Below are positions 1-7,914 of a DNA stretch of 33,519 bases, piece after piece (within the stretch, counting starts at the first letter, position 1; every line of letters starts with the position of its first letter). The translations under genes and the position numbers were made by a program. Origin of the DNA: Lachnospiraceae bacterium (GTDB lineage Bacteria > Bacillota > Clostridia > Lachnospirales > Lachnospiraceae); the NCBI GenBank assembly GCA_017483425.1, contig JAFUWM010000213.1, forward strand, positions 1 through 33,519, read 5' to 3'. A model generated the notes under the pieces. It saw only the letters and a program-made list of their open reading frames with translations. It ran no database searches and was not told the origin of the DNA.

Positions 1-1
1 A

Positions 2-142
2 GCCAATATGGTTGGAAATATGGTTGATACCAACGATAAACACTATAACTATGATGTTCTGGAAACGGATGTCAAGGTGGAAGCTCTTGATAATTTATTT
101 AAATCTGTAACAGAAGATGCAGAAAGCCTGAAAACCCAGTAA
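2..142 (+). CDS. 3' fragment of a probable tyrosine recombinase/integrase (5' part outside window)
   Basis: My translation of frame 2 gives ANMVGNMVDTNDKHYNYDVLETDVKVEALDNLFKSVTEDAESLKTQ*. It resembles tyrosine-recombinase box II (A-x-x-[LV]-G-[H/N]...Y) and ends about 100 bp from a tRNA 3' end. Only 46 codons are visible. Confidence 0.65.
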   Translation, partial: ANMVGNMVDTNDKHYNYDVLETDVKVEALDNLFKSVTEDAESLKTQ

Positions 143-160
143 AATTGGGCTGTTCGGGAG

Positions 161-179
161 TTGTACTCATTTGTACTCA
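161..179. repeat. Tandem 9-bp direct repeat TTGTACTCA x2 (candidate integrase arm-type sites)
   Basis: TTGTACTCA occurs at 161-169 and 171-179, between the integrase stop and the tRNA 3' end. The function is inferred. Confidence 0.55.
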
Positions 180-180
180 A

Positions 181-237
181 AAAAATATAAAAGAAAAAAG
201 CTGCGAAGCCAGTATTATCAAGGCTTTGCAGCTTTTT
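181..237 (-). terminator. Intrinsic terminator downstream of tRNA-Met (possibly bidirectional)
   Basis: Inverted repeat AAAAAGCTGCGAAGCC (195-210) / GGCTTTGCAGCTTTTT (222-237), with a long T-rich tail on the minus strand. Confidence 0.7.
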
Positions 238-243
238 ATTTAG

Positions 244-317
244 TAGCGAGAGGGGGACTTGAACCCTCGACACCACGGGTATGAACCGTGTGCTCTAGCC
301 AGCTGAGCTATCTCGCC
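244..317 (-). tRNA. tRNA-Met (CAT), elongator type; CCA not encoded
   Basis: Reverse complement is GGCGAGATAGCTCAGCTGGCTAGAGCACACGGTTCATACCCGTGGTGTCGAGGGTTCAAGTCCCCCTCTCGCTA. It folds as a cloverleaf with anticodon arm CACGG-TTCATAC-CCGTG and T loop TTCAAGT. It lacks the initiator GGG/CCC anticodon stem. Confidence 0.96.
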
Positions 318-387
318 AAGTTAAAAGCTATTAAGTTCTACCATAATTTAATAATGTAAAACTTGCACTTCACAATGCGCACGGGTT

Positions 388-417
388 ATTATACAATTAC
401 AAAATAAACTATGTCAA
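388..417 (-). promoter_or_regulatory. SigA promoter of tRNA-Met
   Basis: Minus strand TTGACA (417-412), 18-nt spacer, TATAAT (393-388). Confidence 0.8.
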
Positions 418-449
418 GAGCAGAAATGCTGATATAATGGAGTTTTAGA

Positions 450-716
450 GTGAAAGCAGATAATTTTGAAGAATGGCTTGATTTTTTCATGATGGATCAC
501 AATTTGAGTCCCAATAATGTGATATATGAGGGGATTTTGGACGGCAAGATGTTCCATATGACATATAGAGAGCTTTTTGATAAAATAAGACCCTATTCAG
601 GTATGAGAAAGAGACTGAGGGAGGATTTTTCCGCAGCGGCATATACGGGCGAATCTGTAGATGAGGCAGCATCAAAGATAGTACAGGAAGAATTGATAGA
701 TAACGGATTGATATAG
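450..716 (+). CDS. Hypothetical protein, 88 aa
   Basis: GTG start preceded by GGAG (439-442) and TGaTATAAT (430-438). It ends 3 nt before the next gene. No motif recognised. Confidence 0.7.
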   Translation: MKADNFEEWLDFFMMDHNLSPNNVIYEGILDGKMFHMTYRELFDKIRPYSGMRKRLREDFSAAAYTGESVDEAASKIVQEELIDNGLI

Positions 717-719
717 ATA

Positions 720-1457
720 ATGGAAACAGAGGAAGTATTTGGCATAAAATATGCCGTCGGAGATGTCCTTAGCGCCGTATCCACGGTGCTTGATAAGATC
801 GGGGATCTCAGCGGCGGCTATATATGTTTTTCTAATGTATTTACGGTAGCTACGGCGGTCGACAACAGTAAATATAAAGAGGCGCTGAACCAGTCGTCTT
901 TTACATTTCCCGACGGCGCTCCTATAGCAAAGAGGCTTCGCAGGAAAGGAGCTGTAAACGCAAGGCGTATAGCGGGTCCGGATTTTATGGAAGCGTTACT
1001 GGGCGCTACGGCTGACGGGAGGGTTAGACATTTTTTTTACGGCTCAAGTGAATCTACTCTTGAAAAGCTGGTAACCAATATCAGGAAGAAATACCCTGAG
1101 ATCAATATAGTAGGTAAGTATTCCCCTCCATTCAGGGGATTGACCCCTGATGAGGACAGGGAAATAATACAGACTGTCAACAGTGCAGAGGCGGATATAG
1201 TCTGGATAGGGCTTGGCGCTCCTAAACAGGAAATGTTCATGTATTCGCACAAGGGGAAGATCCACGGACTTATGGTCGGTGTAGGAGCCGGATTTGATTA
1301 TCAGGCAGGCACCGTGAAGCGCGCGCCGCTTTGGATGCAGAAATGCTCTCTTGAGTGGCTCCACAGACTGATCACGGATCCCGCGAGGCTTTTCAAAAGA
1401 TACCTCATAACAAATTCAAAGTACATCTGGTACTGTCTTACGAAAAAGGACTCATAG
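720..1457 (+). CDS. WecB/TagA/CpsF family glycosyltransferase (GT26)
   Basis: Motifs PDGAP, RIAGPD, VWIGLGAPKQE, GVGAGFD and RAPLWMQKCSLEWLHRL..DPARLFKRY. Confidence 0.95.
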   Translation: METEEVFGIKYAVGDVLSAVSTVLDKIGDLSGGYICFSNVFTVATAVDNSKYKEALNQSSFTFPDGAPIAKRLRRKGAVNARRIAGPDFMEALLGATADGRVRHFFYGSSESTLEKLVTNIRKKYPEINIVGKYSPPFRGLTPDEDREIIQTVNSAEADIVWIGLGAPKQEMFMYSHKGKIHGLMVGVGAGFDYQAGTVKRAPLWMQKCSLEWLHRLITDPARLFKRYLITNSKYIWYCLTKKDS

Positions 1458-1940
1458 GAATTTTTTGGGATCAAAGGATGTGTCTATGGCAAGTACGGCG
1501 TTTTTGAAGCGTCTGTCGTGAGTCACGTCCTCGCCAAACCATGACGGGGCAACAAACGCGTCAGCTGCCTCAAGAGAGGGGAACTCAACCTCGACTATCA
1601 TAAGCGGAGCGAAAGGCTCATCAAAAATATCAAGTTCTGCCTTTAATACCCCGGAATCCAGAGGGATCACATACCTTTTTTTGCGTATGACCCTGCCGTC
1701 GCATTTGGGGAGCATATGCTCAAAAGCTTCTTTTGTTATCGGAAGATTGTATTCGGTGTGTGAGATATCATTATCGCTTATGCCCTTATATGTAAGGAAG
1801 TAATCCGTGTTTTCCCGCCTTATGCGCACAGTAGGGTGTTCATTCAGATAGGCCTGCTCCATTTCTATGCAGTCATACTGCGACAGATCTTCGGGGAGCT
1901 CCAGCACGCGCCACTTTCTTTCTATCTCCATATTTTCCAT
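1452..1940 (-). CDS. CYTH domain protein (triphosphate tunnel metalloenzyme)
   Basis: N-terminal EIERK (ExExK), plus RIR, ELDIF, EVEF and PSWFGEDVT. GGAGG RBS. Confidence 0.93.
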   Translation of the reverse strand: MENMEIERKWRVLELPEDLSQYDCIEMEQAYLNEHPTVRIRRENTDYFLTYKGISDNDISHTEYNLPITKEAFEHMLPKCDGRVIRKKRYVIPLDSGVLKAELDIFDEPFAPLMIVEVEFPSLEAADAFVAPSWFGEDVTHDRRFKNAVLAIDTSFDPKKFL

Positions 1941-1986
1941 AAATAACTATCCTCCGTTACAAATAAGGCGGGTATGTGGTATAGTA

Positions 1987-2136
1987 GTTACTGTTCATCG
2001 CCGAGCCACGCACTTGCTGCGGGGCTACGGCTGGGTAGCTTTGACTCTTCGGCACGCCGCCCATCGACTTTAGTCGATTCTGCATGGCGGCGTGCATGTT
2101 GCAATTCAGCGCATTGGCTATGCGCTGAATTGTAAC
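1987..2136. mobile_element. 150-bp MITE/REP-like structured element with imperfect terminal inverted repeats and a 3-bp GTA flanking duplication
   Basis: Left end GTTACTGTTCA and right end TGAATTGTAAC (9/11 inverted match). GTA occurs at both 1984-1986 and 2137-2139. Three internal hairpins lie at 2000-2031, 2052-2095 and 2098-2136. It is GC-rich within an AT-rich intergenic region. Confidence 0.6.
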
Positions 2137-2179
2137 GTATATTACAGTAAATAACAAATCATTTCAAAAGGAGGCTGAC

Positions 2180-2734
2180 ATGAGTAAAAAGATCGCGGCG
2201 TTTCTCGCGGAAGGCTTTGAGGAAGCGGAAGCAATAATCCCCATAGACATAGCGCGAAGGGCAGGTATTGAGGTTACAATGGTTTCCATATCCGATGATA
2301 TCCATGTGACAGGAAGTCATGGGATTGAGATAAAGGCGGACGCGCTTCTTAAAGACACGGATACAACAATATATGATATGCTGATGCTTCCCGGCGGTAT
2401 GCCCGGAACCACTAATCTTGAGGGATCCGAGAAGGTAAAAGAAGCCCTTCAAAAAGCAAATGAGGACGGGAAATATCTGGCGGCGATCTGCGCGGCACCC
2501 CGGTTCCTTGGAAGCCTCGGGATACTTGACGGTAAAAAGGCCACGGTCTATCCGGGGAATGATCAATATATGACAAAAGCGGACTATGACCGGGAAGCAA
2601 AAGCCGTGACTGACGGAAATGTGATAACGGCAAGGGGCATGGGCTGCGCTGTTGAGTTCGGGGGCGAGATCGTAAAAGCGCTTACAGATGCGGACAAAGC
2701 GAAAGAAATACTAAACGCAATTCAATATAATTGA
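2180..2734 (+). CDS. DJ-1/PfpI (ThiJ/YajL-like) family protein
   Basis: GFEEAE, LPGGMPG, AAICAAP (nucleophile-elbow Cys) and ITARG. AGGAGG RBS. Confidence 0.95.
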   Translation: MSKKIAAFLAEGFEEAEAIIPIDIARRAGIEVTMVSISDDIHVTGSHGIEIKADALLKDTDTTIYDMLMLPGGMPGTTNLEGSEKVKEALQKANEDGKYLAAICAAPRFLGSLGILDGKKATVYPGNDQYMTKADYDREAKAVTDGNVITARGMGCAVEFGGEIVKALTDADKAKEILNAIQYN

Positions 2735-2763
2735 TTGAAACAGCGCGCTATCTGTGATAAAAT
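2735..2763 (+). promoter_or_regulatory. SigA promoter of the tig operon
   Basis: TTGAAA (2735-2740), 17 nt, TAAAAT (2758-2763), with an extended TG. Confidence 0.7.
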
Positions 2764-2816
2764 AGCAAATTGGACTGTGCACAAAACGCAGCTATTACTT
2801 GAAAGGAATTATTAAA

Positions 2817-4190
2817 ATGAGCGTACAGGTTGAAAAGCTAGAGCATAGCATGGCAAAGCTTACTATAGAACTCCCGGCGGAGGAGCTGGAGAAGGCTATA
2901 CAGGATGCGTATATGAAGCAGAGAAGCCGTATAGCGATCCCGGGCTTCAGAAAGGGCAAGGTTCCGAGGGCAGTAATAGAAAAGATGTATGGGACAGAGG
3001 TCTTCTATGAAGAGGCTGCCGAGTCTGTCATAAATGGATCATACCCCGATGCGATAAAGGAATCCGGAGAAGATATAGTATCAAGGCCGGAAATATCCGT
3101 AGTGCAGATAGAGAAAGGCAAGCCTTTCATCTATACCGCGGAGGTAGCGCTCAAGCCCCCTGTAGAGCTCGGCAAATATAAGGGGATAAAGGTAGAGCCC
3201 GTAGATGTTACCGTGACCGATGACGAGGTTGAGGAAGAGATCAAGAAAGAGCTCGGGAAGAATGCGCGCGAGGTCGATGTCACGGACAGGGCTGCAAAGA
3301 ATGAGGACATTGTCCTGATCGATTATTCCGGAAGCGTTGACGGAGAGAAATTTGACGGCGGCACAGCCGAGGATCAGAAGCTCGAGCTTGGTTCGCACAC
3401 CTTTATCGATAATTTTGAAGAGCAGATAGAGGGTCACAATATCGGTGATGAGTTTGATGTAAACGTCACTTTCCCTGAGGAGTACCATGAGAACAGCCTT
3501 GCGGGGAAGGCAGCGGTATTTGCGGTAAAGCTCAAGGGAATCACCGAGAAGCAGACCCCTGAGCTTGATGATGACTTTGTCTCTGATGTATCTGAGTTTG
3601 ATACCGTGGATGAGTATAGGGCCGATATAAGGGAAACTCTCGAGGACAGAAAGAAAGCAGCGGCAAGAACCAAAAAAGAGGATGAAGCCGTGAAGGCTCT
3701 TGTCGAGGATTCCAGGATGGAGATACCTCAGGCCATGATAGATACCGAAGCTGATTCCATGGTACAGAATTATGATAACAGACTGAGGTCACAGGGACTC
3801 GGGCTTCAGCAGTACATGCAGTATACAGGCATGACGACCGATAAGCTCAAGGATGATATGAGGGAGCAGGCGAAGCTTAATATAGAAAGCCGTCTGGTGC
3901 TTGAGGCGGTTGCCGAGGCCGAGAATATAACTATCGCCGATGAGGATATCGAAAAAGAGATACAGGAGATGGCTGACAACTACGGGATGCCGATCGACAG
4001 TATGAAGTCCCTTATAACTGACAGTGAGAGGAAGTCCATCGAGACAGATCTCAAAGTCAGAAAGGCGGTCGATATCATCATAGAGAACTCCAAAGAGGAT
4101 AAGACAAAGAAGACCGCTAAGGTTGATGACGGCGATGACGTGATCGAAAAGAAGATACCCAAGCGCAAAAAGAAAGCGGAAGACAAATAA
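2817..4190 (+). CDS. tig: Trigger factor
   Basis: Ribosome-binding signature IPGFRKGKVP and an FKBP domain (IDYSGSVDGEKFDGG). Start moved to ATG 2817, behind AAAGGA. Confidence 0.98.
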   Translation: MSVQVEKLEHSMAKLTIELPAEELEKAIQDAYMKQRSRIAIPGFRKGKVPRAVIEKMYGTEVFYEEAAESVINGSYPDAIKESGEDIVSRPEISVVQIEKGKPFIYTAEVALKPPVELGKYKGIKVEPVDVTVTDDEVEEEIKKELGKNAREVDVTDRAAKNEDIVLIDYSGSVDGEKFDGGTAEDQKLELGSHTFIDNFEEQIEGHNIGDEFDVNVTFPEEYHENSLAGKAAVFAVKLKGITEKQTPELDDDFVSDVSEFDTVDEYRADIRETLEDRKKAAARTKKEDEAVKALVEDSRMEIPQAMIDTEADSMVQNYDNRLRSQGLGLQQYMQYTGMTTDKLKDDMREQAKLNIESRLVLEAVAEAENITIADEDIEKEIQEMADNYGMPIDSMKSLITDSERKSIETDLKVRKAVDIIIENSKEDKTKKTAKVDDGDDVIEKKIPKRKKKAEDK

Positions 4191-4222
4191 ATAAGTAAGT
4201 AAGTAAGCGAGGAGGTTGGGAC

Positions 4223-4834
4223 ATGCTGGTACCTACCGTCATAGAAACCACTAACCGTGGCGAAAGAGCATATGATATATATTCGAGACTTTTAAAGGAG
4301 CGTATCATCTTTTTAGGTGATGAGGTAAATGCCCACACAGCGGGGCTTGTAGTCGCGCAGATATTGTTCCTTGAAGCCGAGGATCCGGAAAAGGATATAC
4401 ATTTTTATATTGATTCCCCCGGGGGCTCGGTCACGGACGGTATGGCTATATATGATACGATGCAGTATGTGAAGTGCGATGTGTCTACGATATGCATAGG
4501 CATGGCCGCTTCAATGGGGGCTTTTCTGCTTGCGGGCGGTGCCAAAGGCAAGCGTATGATTCTGCCTAATGCCGAGGTCATGATCCATCAGCCTTCGGGC
4601 GGCACCCAGGGTCAGGCGACGGAGATACAGATCGCCGCCGAGCATATCATAAGGACAAAAAAGAAGCTAAACGAGATACTTGCGCAGAATACCGGAAAGC
4701 CGGTTGAGAAGGTAGCCGAGGATACGGAGCGCGATAACTGGCTCAGTGCGGAGGAAGCGTTAGAGTATGGCCTCGTGGATAAGATAATCGAGAAAAGACC
4801 CGAATCTGACAGCGAGGACAAAGATAAGGAATAA
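4223..4834 (+). CDS. clpP: ATP-dependent Clp protease proteolytic subunit
   Basis: [29 protein letters not shown] (catalytic Ser) and MIHQP. Confidence 0.99.
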   Translation: MLVPTVIETTNRGERAYDIYSRLLKERIIFLGDEVNAHTAGLVVAQILFLEAEDPEKDIHFYIDSPGGSVTDGMAIYDTMQYVKCDVSTICIGMAASMGAFLLAGGAKGKRMILPNAEVMIHQPSGGTQGQATEIQIAAEHIIRTKKKLNEILAQNTGKPVEKVAEDTERDNWLSAEEALEYGLVDKIIEKRPESDSEDKDKE

Positions 4835-4837
4835 ACT

Positions 4838-6097
4838 ATGGCGACTAAAATAGGCTTTGGTGAGGAAGATATAAGGTGTTCGTTCTGCGGTAAGACTCAG
4901 GATCAGGTGCGCAAGCTCATTGCGGGCCCCAGTGGCACGTATATTTGTGATGAGTGCGTGGGGATATGCGCGGACATCATCGAGGAGGAAGACGGCGAGG
5001 AGAATCTTGACGGGGAGCTTAATATCAACCTGCTTAAGCCTGAGGAGATAAATGAGTTTCTTAATGAATATGTGATAGGGCAGGATGAGGCCAAAAAGGT
5101 CTTATCGGTTGCCGTATACAATCATTATAAAAGGATACTTGCGCCGCAGGATGACGGGGTCGAGCTGCAAAAAAGCAATGTGATGCTACTCGGGCCTACG
5201 GGATCCGGCAAGACGCTTCTGGCGCAGACGCTTGCAAGGATCATAAATGTTCCTTTTGCCATAGCGGACGCGACAAGTCTTACCGAAGCCGGCTATGTCG
5301 GCGAGGATGTCGAGAATATATTATTAAAGCTTATTCAGGCTTCGGACTATGATATCGAGAGAGCGCAGATAGGCATAATCTATATAGATGAGATAGATAA
5401 GATCGCGAGAAAGTCTGAGAACGTATCAATTACAAGAGATGTCTCCGGAGAGGGAGTACAGCAGGCGCTGCTAAAGATAATAGAGGGAACGCTGGCATCC
5501 GTACCGCCCCAGGGTGGGAGGAAGCACCCTCATCAGGAGATGATACAGATAGATACCACAAACATACTGTTCATAGTCGGAGGAGCCTTTGAGGGGCTCG
5601 ATAAGGTCGTAGAGACAAGACTTGATACGAAGTCCATAGGATTTGCGGCAGAGATCGGGGCGAATAAGGAAAAAATGATGAATGAAGCCCTGCATCACGT
5701 CCAGCCCGAGGATCTTGTGAAGTATGGTATCATACCCGAGTTCATAGGAAGACTTCCCGTTACCGTGGCGCTTGATAATCTGGACAGGGACGCGCTGGTA
5801 CGTATTCTTACAGAGCCTAAGAACGCTATAATAAAGCAATACAAGAAGTTGCTGGATCTGGACGGGGTGAAGCTTACCTTTGATGATGCGGCGGTTGAAG
5901 CGATAGCGGACAAAGCAGTGAAGCGCAAAACAGGAGCCAGAGGACTCAGATCCATAATAGAAGAAACCATGACTGACGTGATGTTCAGGGTTCCGTCGGA
6001 TGAATCTATAAGCGAGGTTGTTATCACAAAGGATTCTGTGGAAAAAGGCACACGCCCTCTGGAAGTAAAATTTGATTCTGAGAAAAAATCAGTTTAA
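4838..6097 (+). CDS. clpX: Clp protease ATP-binding subunit ClpX
   Basis: Zn finger CSFC...ICDEC, Walker [26 protein letters not shown] loop and IGF loop. Confidence 0.99.
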   Translation: MATKIGFGEEDIRCSFCGKTQDQVRKLIAGPSGTYICDECVGICADIIEEEDGEENLDGELNINLLKPEEINEFLNEYVIGQDEAKKVLSVAVYNHYKRILAPQDDGVELQKSNVMLLGPTGSGKTLLAQTLARIINVPFAIADATSLTEAGYVGEDVENILLKLIQASDYDIERAQIGIIYIDEIDKIARKSENVSITRDVSGEGVQQALLKIIEGTLASVPPQGGRKHPHQEMIQIDTTNILFIVGGAFEGLDKVVETRLDTKSIGFAAEIGANKEKMMNEALHHVQPEDLVKYGIIPEFIGRLPVTVALDNLDRDALVRILTEPKNAIIKQYKKLLDLDGVKLTFDDAAVEAIADKAVKRKTGARGLRSIIEETMTDVMFRVPSDESISEVVITKDSVEKGTRPLEVKFDSEKKSV

Positions 6098-6118
6098 CTG
6101 CCGGATACCCGGCAGTTA
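6095..6118. repeat. Intergenic palindrome between clpX and ysxC
   Basis: TAACTGCCGG-ATAC-CCGGCAGTTA, a perfect 10-bp stem with no U tract. Confidence 0.7.
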
Positions 6119-6135
6119 CCCGGTGGAAAAGGGTA

Positions 6136-6750
6136 ATGGTAATAAAAAATGCTGAATTAGTAAACGTAGTTGGAGTCACGACAAAAAAACTGCCTGATAC
6201 CGGGCTGCCGGAGATAGCCTTTGCGGGCAGATCAAATGTCGGAAAGTCGTCTCTGATAAACGTTTTGCTTCAGCGGAAAGCCCTTGCGAGGACTTCGTCA
6301 ACACCGGGCAAGACCCAGACCATGAATTTTTATAAAGTAAATGACGATGTGTGTTTCGTTGATCTGCCGGGTTACGGATATGCCCATGTAAAAACTGATT
6401 TCAGGAGATCGTGGGGACCGATGATCGAGAGATATCTGAGGTCGTCCGGGAATCTTAAGGCAGTGTTTTTACTTATAGATATAAGGAGAGTGCCTAATGA
6501 AGACGACTCCCTTATGTATGAATGGATCGTAAACGCAGGATTTACACCCGTAATCATTGTGACCAAGGCCGATAAGGTAAAGCGTTCACAGACAAAAAAG
6601 GCGGTGCTGGATATAAAGAATGCGCTGAGGGTCACGGACGATACAGAGATATTTTTATTCTCCGCCATGAGTAAGTCAGGCAGGGAAGAGATCATGGAAA
6701 AGATAGACAGATTAATAGAGGAGGAGACGAGAGACAATGACAAAGATTGA
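6136..6750 (+). CDS. ysxC: Ribosome biogenesis GTPase YsxC/YihA/EngB
   Basis: GRSNVGKS, TPGKT, DLPGYG and TKAD motifs; conserved position after clpX. Confidence 0.97.
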   Translation: MVIKNAELVNVVGVTTKKLPDTGLPEIAFAGRSNVGKSSLINVLLQRKALARTSSTPGKTQTMNFYKVNDDVCFVDLPGYGYAHVKTDFRRSWGPMIERYLRSSGNLKAVFLLIDIRRVPNEDDSLMYEWIVNAGFTPVIIVTKADKVKRSQTKKAVLDIKNALRVTDDTEIFLFSAMSKSGREEIMEKIDRLIEEETRDNDKD

Positions 6751-7906
6751 TATTATTTCAGGATTTCTGGGAGCAGGAAAGACAACTCTTATAAAGAAGC
6801 TGATAGCCGAGTCTTTTGCCGGACAGAAAGTTGTGCTTATAGAGAATGAGTTCGGAGAGATCGGCATAGACGGAAGCTTCTTAAAGGAGGCAGGGATAGA
6901 GATCACAGAGATGAATTCGGGCTGCATCTGTTGCTCGCTTGTAGGTGATTTCAAGACAGCGCTTAAAAAGGTCATAGATCAGTATGCTCCGGACAGGATA
7001 GTCATAGAGCCGTCCGGTGTAGGCAAGCTCTCTGATGTGGCAAAAGCCGTGGAGAGAGTTAATGAGGATGAAGAGGCGGTTGTGATAAATTCGCTTGTGA
7101 CAGTAGTTGACGGCAAAAAGACAAAGATGTATATGAAGAATTTTGGTGAATTCTTCAATAATCAGGTAGAGTCCGCCGGCACCGTGATCATCTCGCGCTC
7201 ACAGGATATGACGCAGGAGAAGCTTGACGAGACGATGGCTCTTATAAGGGAGCATAATAAAGAAGCGGTCATAATCACAACTCCCTGGGATGATATAAAG
7301 GGAGATCAGATACTTGAAGCGATGGAGAAAGGGCACACTCTCGTTGATTCTCTTATCGAAGAGATGAAGAAGCTTCCCGATGAAGACGAGCATGAGCACC
7401 ACCATCACCATCATCACGACCATGACCATCATGATCACGAGGAGGAACACGAACATCACCACCACGATCATGAAGAAGGCCATGAGCACCATCATGAACA
7501 TCACGAGCATGAAGAGGAGCATGAGCATCACCACGATCATGAAGAAGAGCACGAACACCATCACCATGAGCATGATGAGCACGGTCATCACCACCATCAT
7601 CATCATGAGGGAGAGCTTGACGCGGATGATGTGTTCCAGAGCTGGGGCACGGAGACCGCTCATAAATTCGAAAAGGATGAGCTTGACGATATCCTGAAAA
7701 AGCTTGCGGATATAGATAGCAGGGAGTATGGCATGATACTCAGGGCAAAGGGCATGGTTCCCGATGCTTCCGGGCAGTGGCATGAGTTTGATCTCACTCC
7801 GGGCGAGTATGAAATACGCGAAAGCAGCGCTGATTACACGGGCAGGCTCTGTGTCATAGGCTCGGATCTTAAGGAAAAAGAAGTTGCGGAGTTATTTGGA
7901 ATCTGA
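6737..7906 (+). CDS. COG0523/CobW-family G3E GTPase (putative metallochaperone) with a long His/Glu-rich linker
   Basis: GFLGAGKT, ENEFGE, GCICC (CxCC), EPSG and a CobW_C-like LRAKG. His tract at 7391-7606. Confidence 0.93.
   Translation: MTKIDIISGFLGAGKTTLIKKLIAESFAGQKVVLIENEFGEIGIDGSFLKEAGIEITEMNSGCICCSLVGDFKTALKKVIDQYAPDRIVIEPSGVGKLSDVAKAVERVNEDEEAVVINSLVTVVDGKKTKMYMKNFGEFFNNQVESAGTVIISRSQDMTQEKLDETMALIREHNKEAVIITTPWDDIKGDQILEAMEKGHTLVDSLIEEMKKLPDEDEHEHHHHHHHDHDHHDHEEEHEHHHHDHEEGHEHHHEHHEHEEEHEHHHDHEEEHEHHHHEHDEHGHHHHHHHEGELDADDVFQSWGTETAHKFEKDELDDILKKLADIDSREYGMILRAKGMVPDASGQWHEFDLTPGEYEIRESSADYTGRLCVIGSDLKEKEVAELFGI
7391..7606 (+). repeat. His/Glu/Asp low-complexity coding repeat
   Basis: By manual count, 44 His in 72 residues. 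The unit [D/E]H-EE[E/G]-HE-HHH(H) occurs 4 times, flanked by two His7 runs. Confidence 0.95.
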
Positions 7907-7914
7907 AGCAGGAA

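Noticed and set aside
49-276. 75-aa minus-strand ORF
   Set aside because: It starts inside the tRNA and runs antisense through the terminator and integrase end; a shadow ORF.
1987-2136. Possible 6S RNA, SRP RNA, raiA motif or known riboswitch
   Set aside because: I could not find the diagnostic sequences of these families by eye. An Infernal search is needed to exclude them formally.
1957-2157. 66-aa (-) and 68-aa (+, 1867-2073) ORFs across the structured element
   Set aside because: No RBS and no protein-like features; the region is better explained by promoters plus the palindromic element.
7391-7606. Repeat array considered as CRISPR-like
   Set aside because: It is an in-frame codon repeat with no constant repeat and unique spacer structure, and there are no cas genes.
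7199-7783. Met/Val-rich 194-aa antisense ORF and Thr/Ile/Met-rich 105-aa alternative-frame ORF
   Set aside because: Both are by-products of the CAT/CAC/GAR His-Glu repeat.
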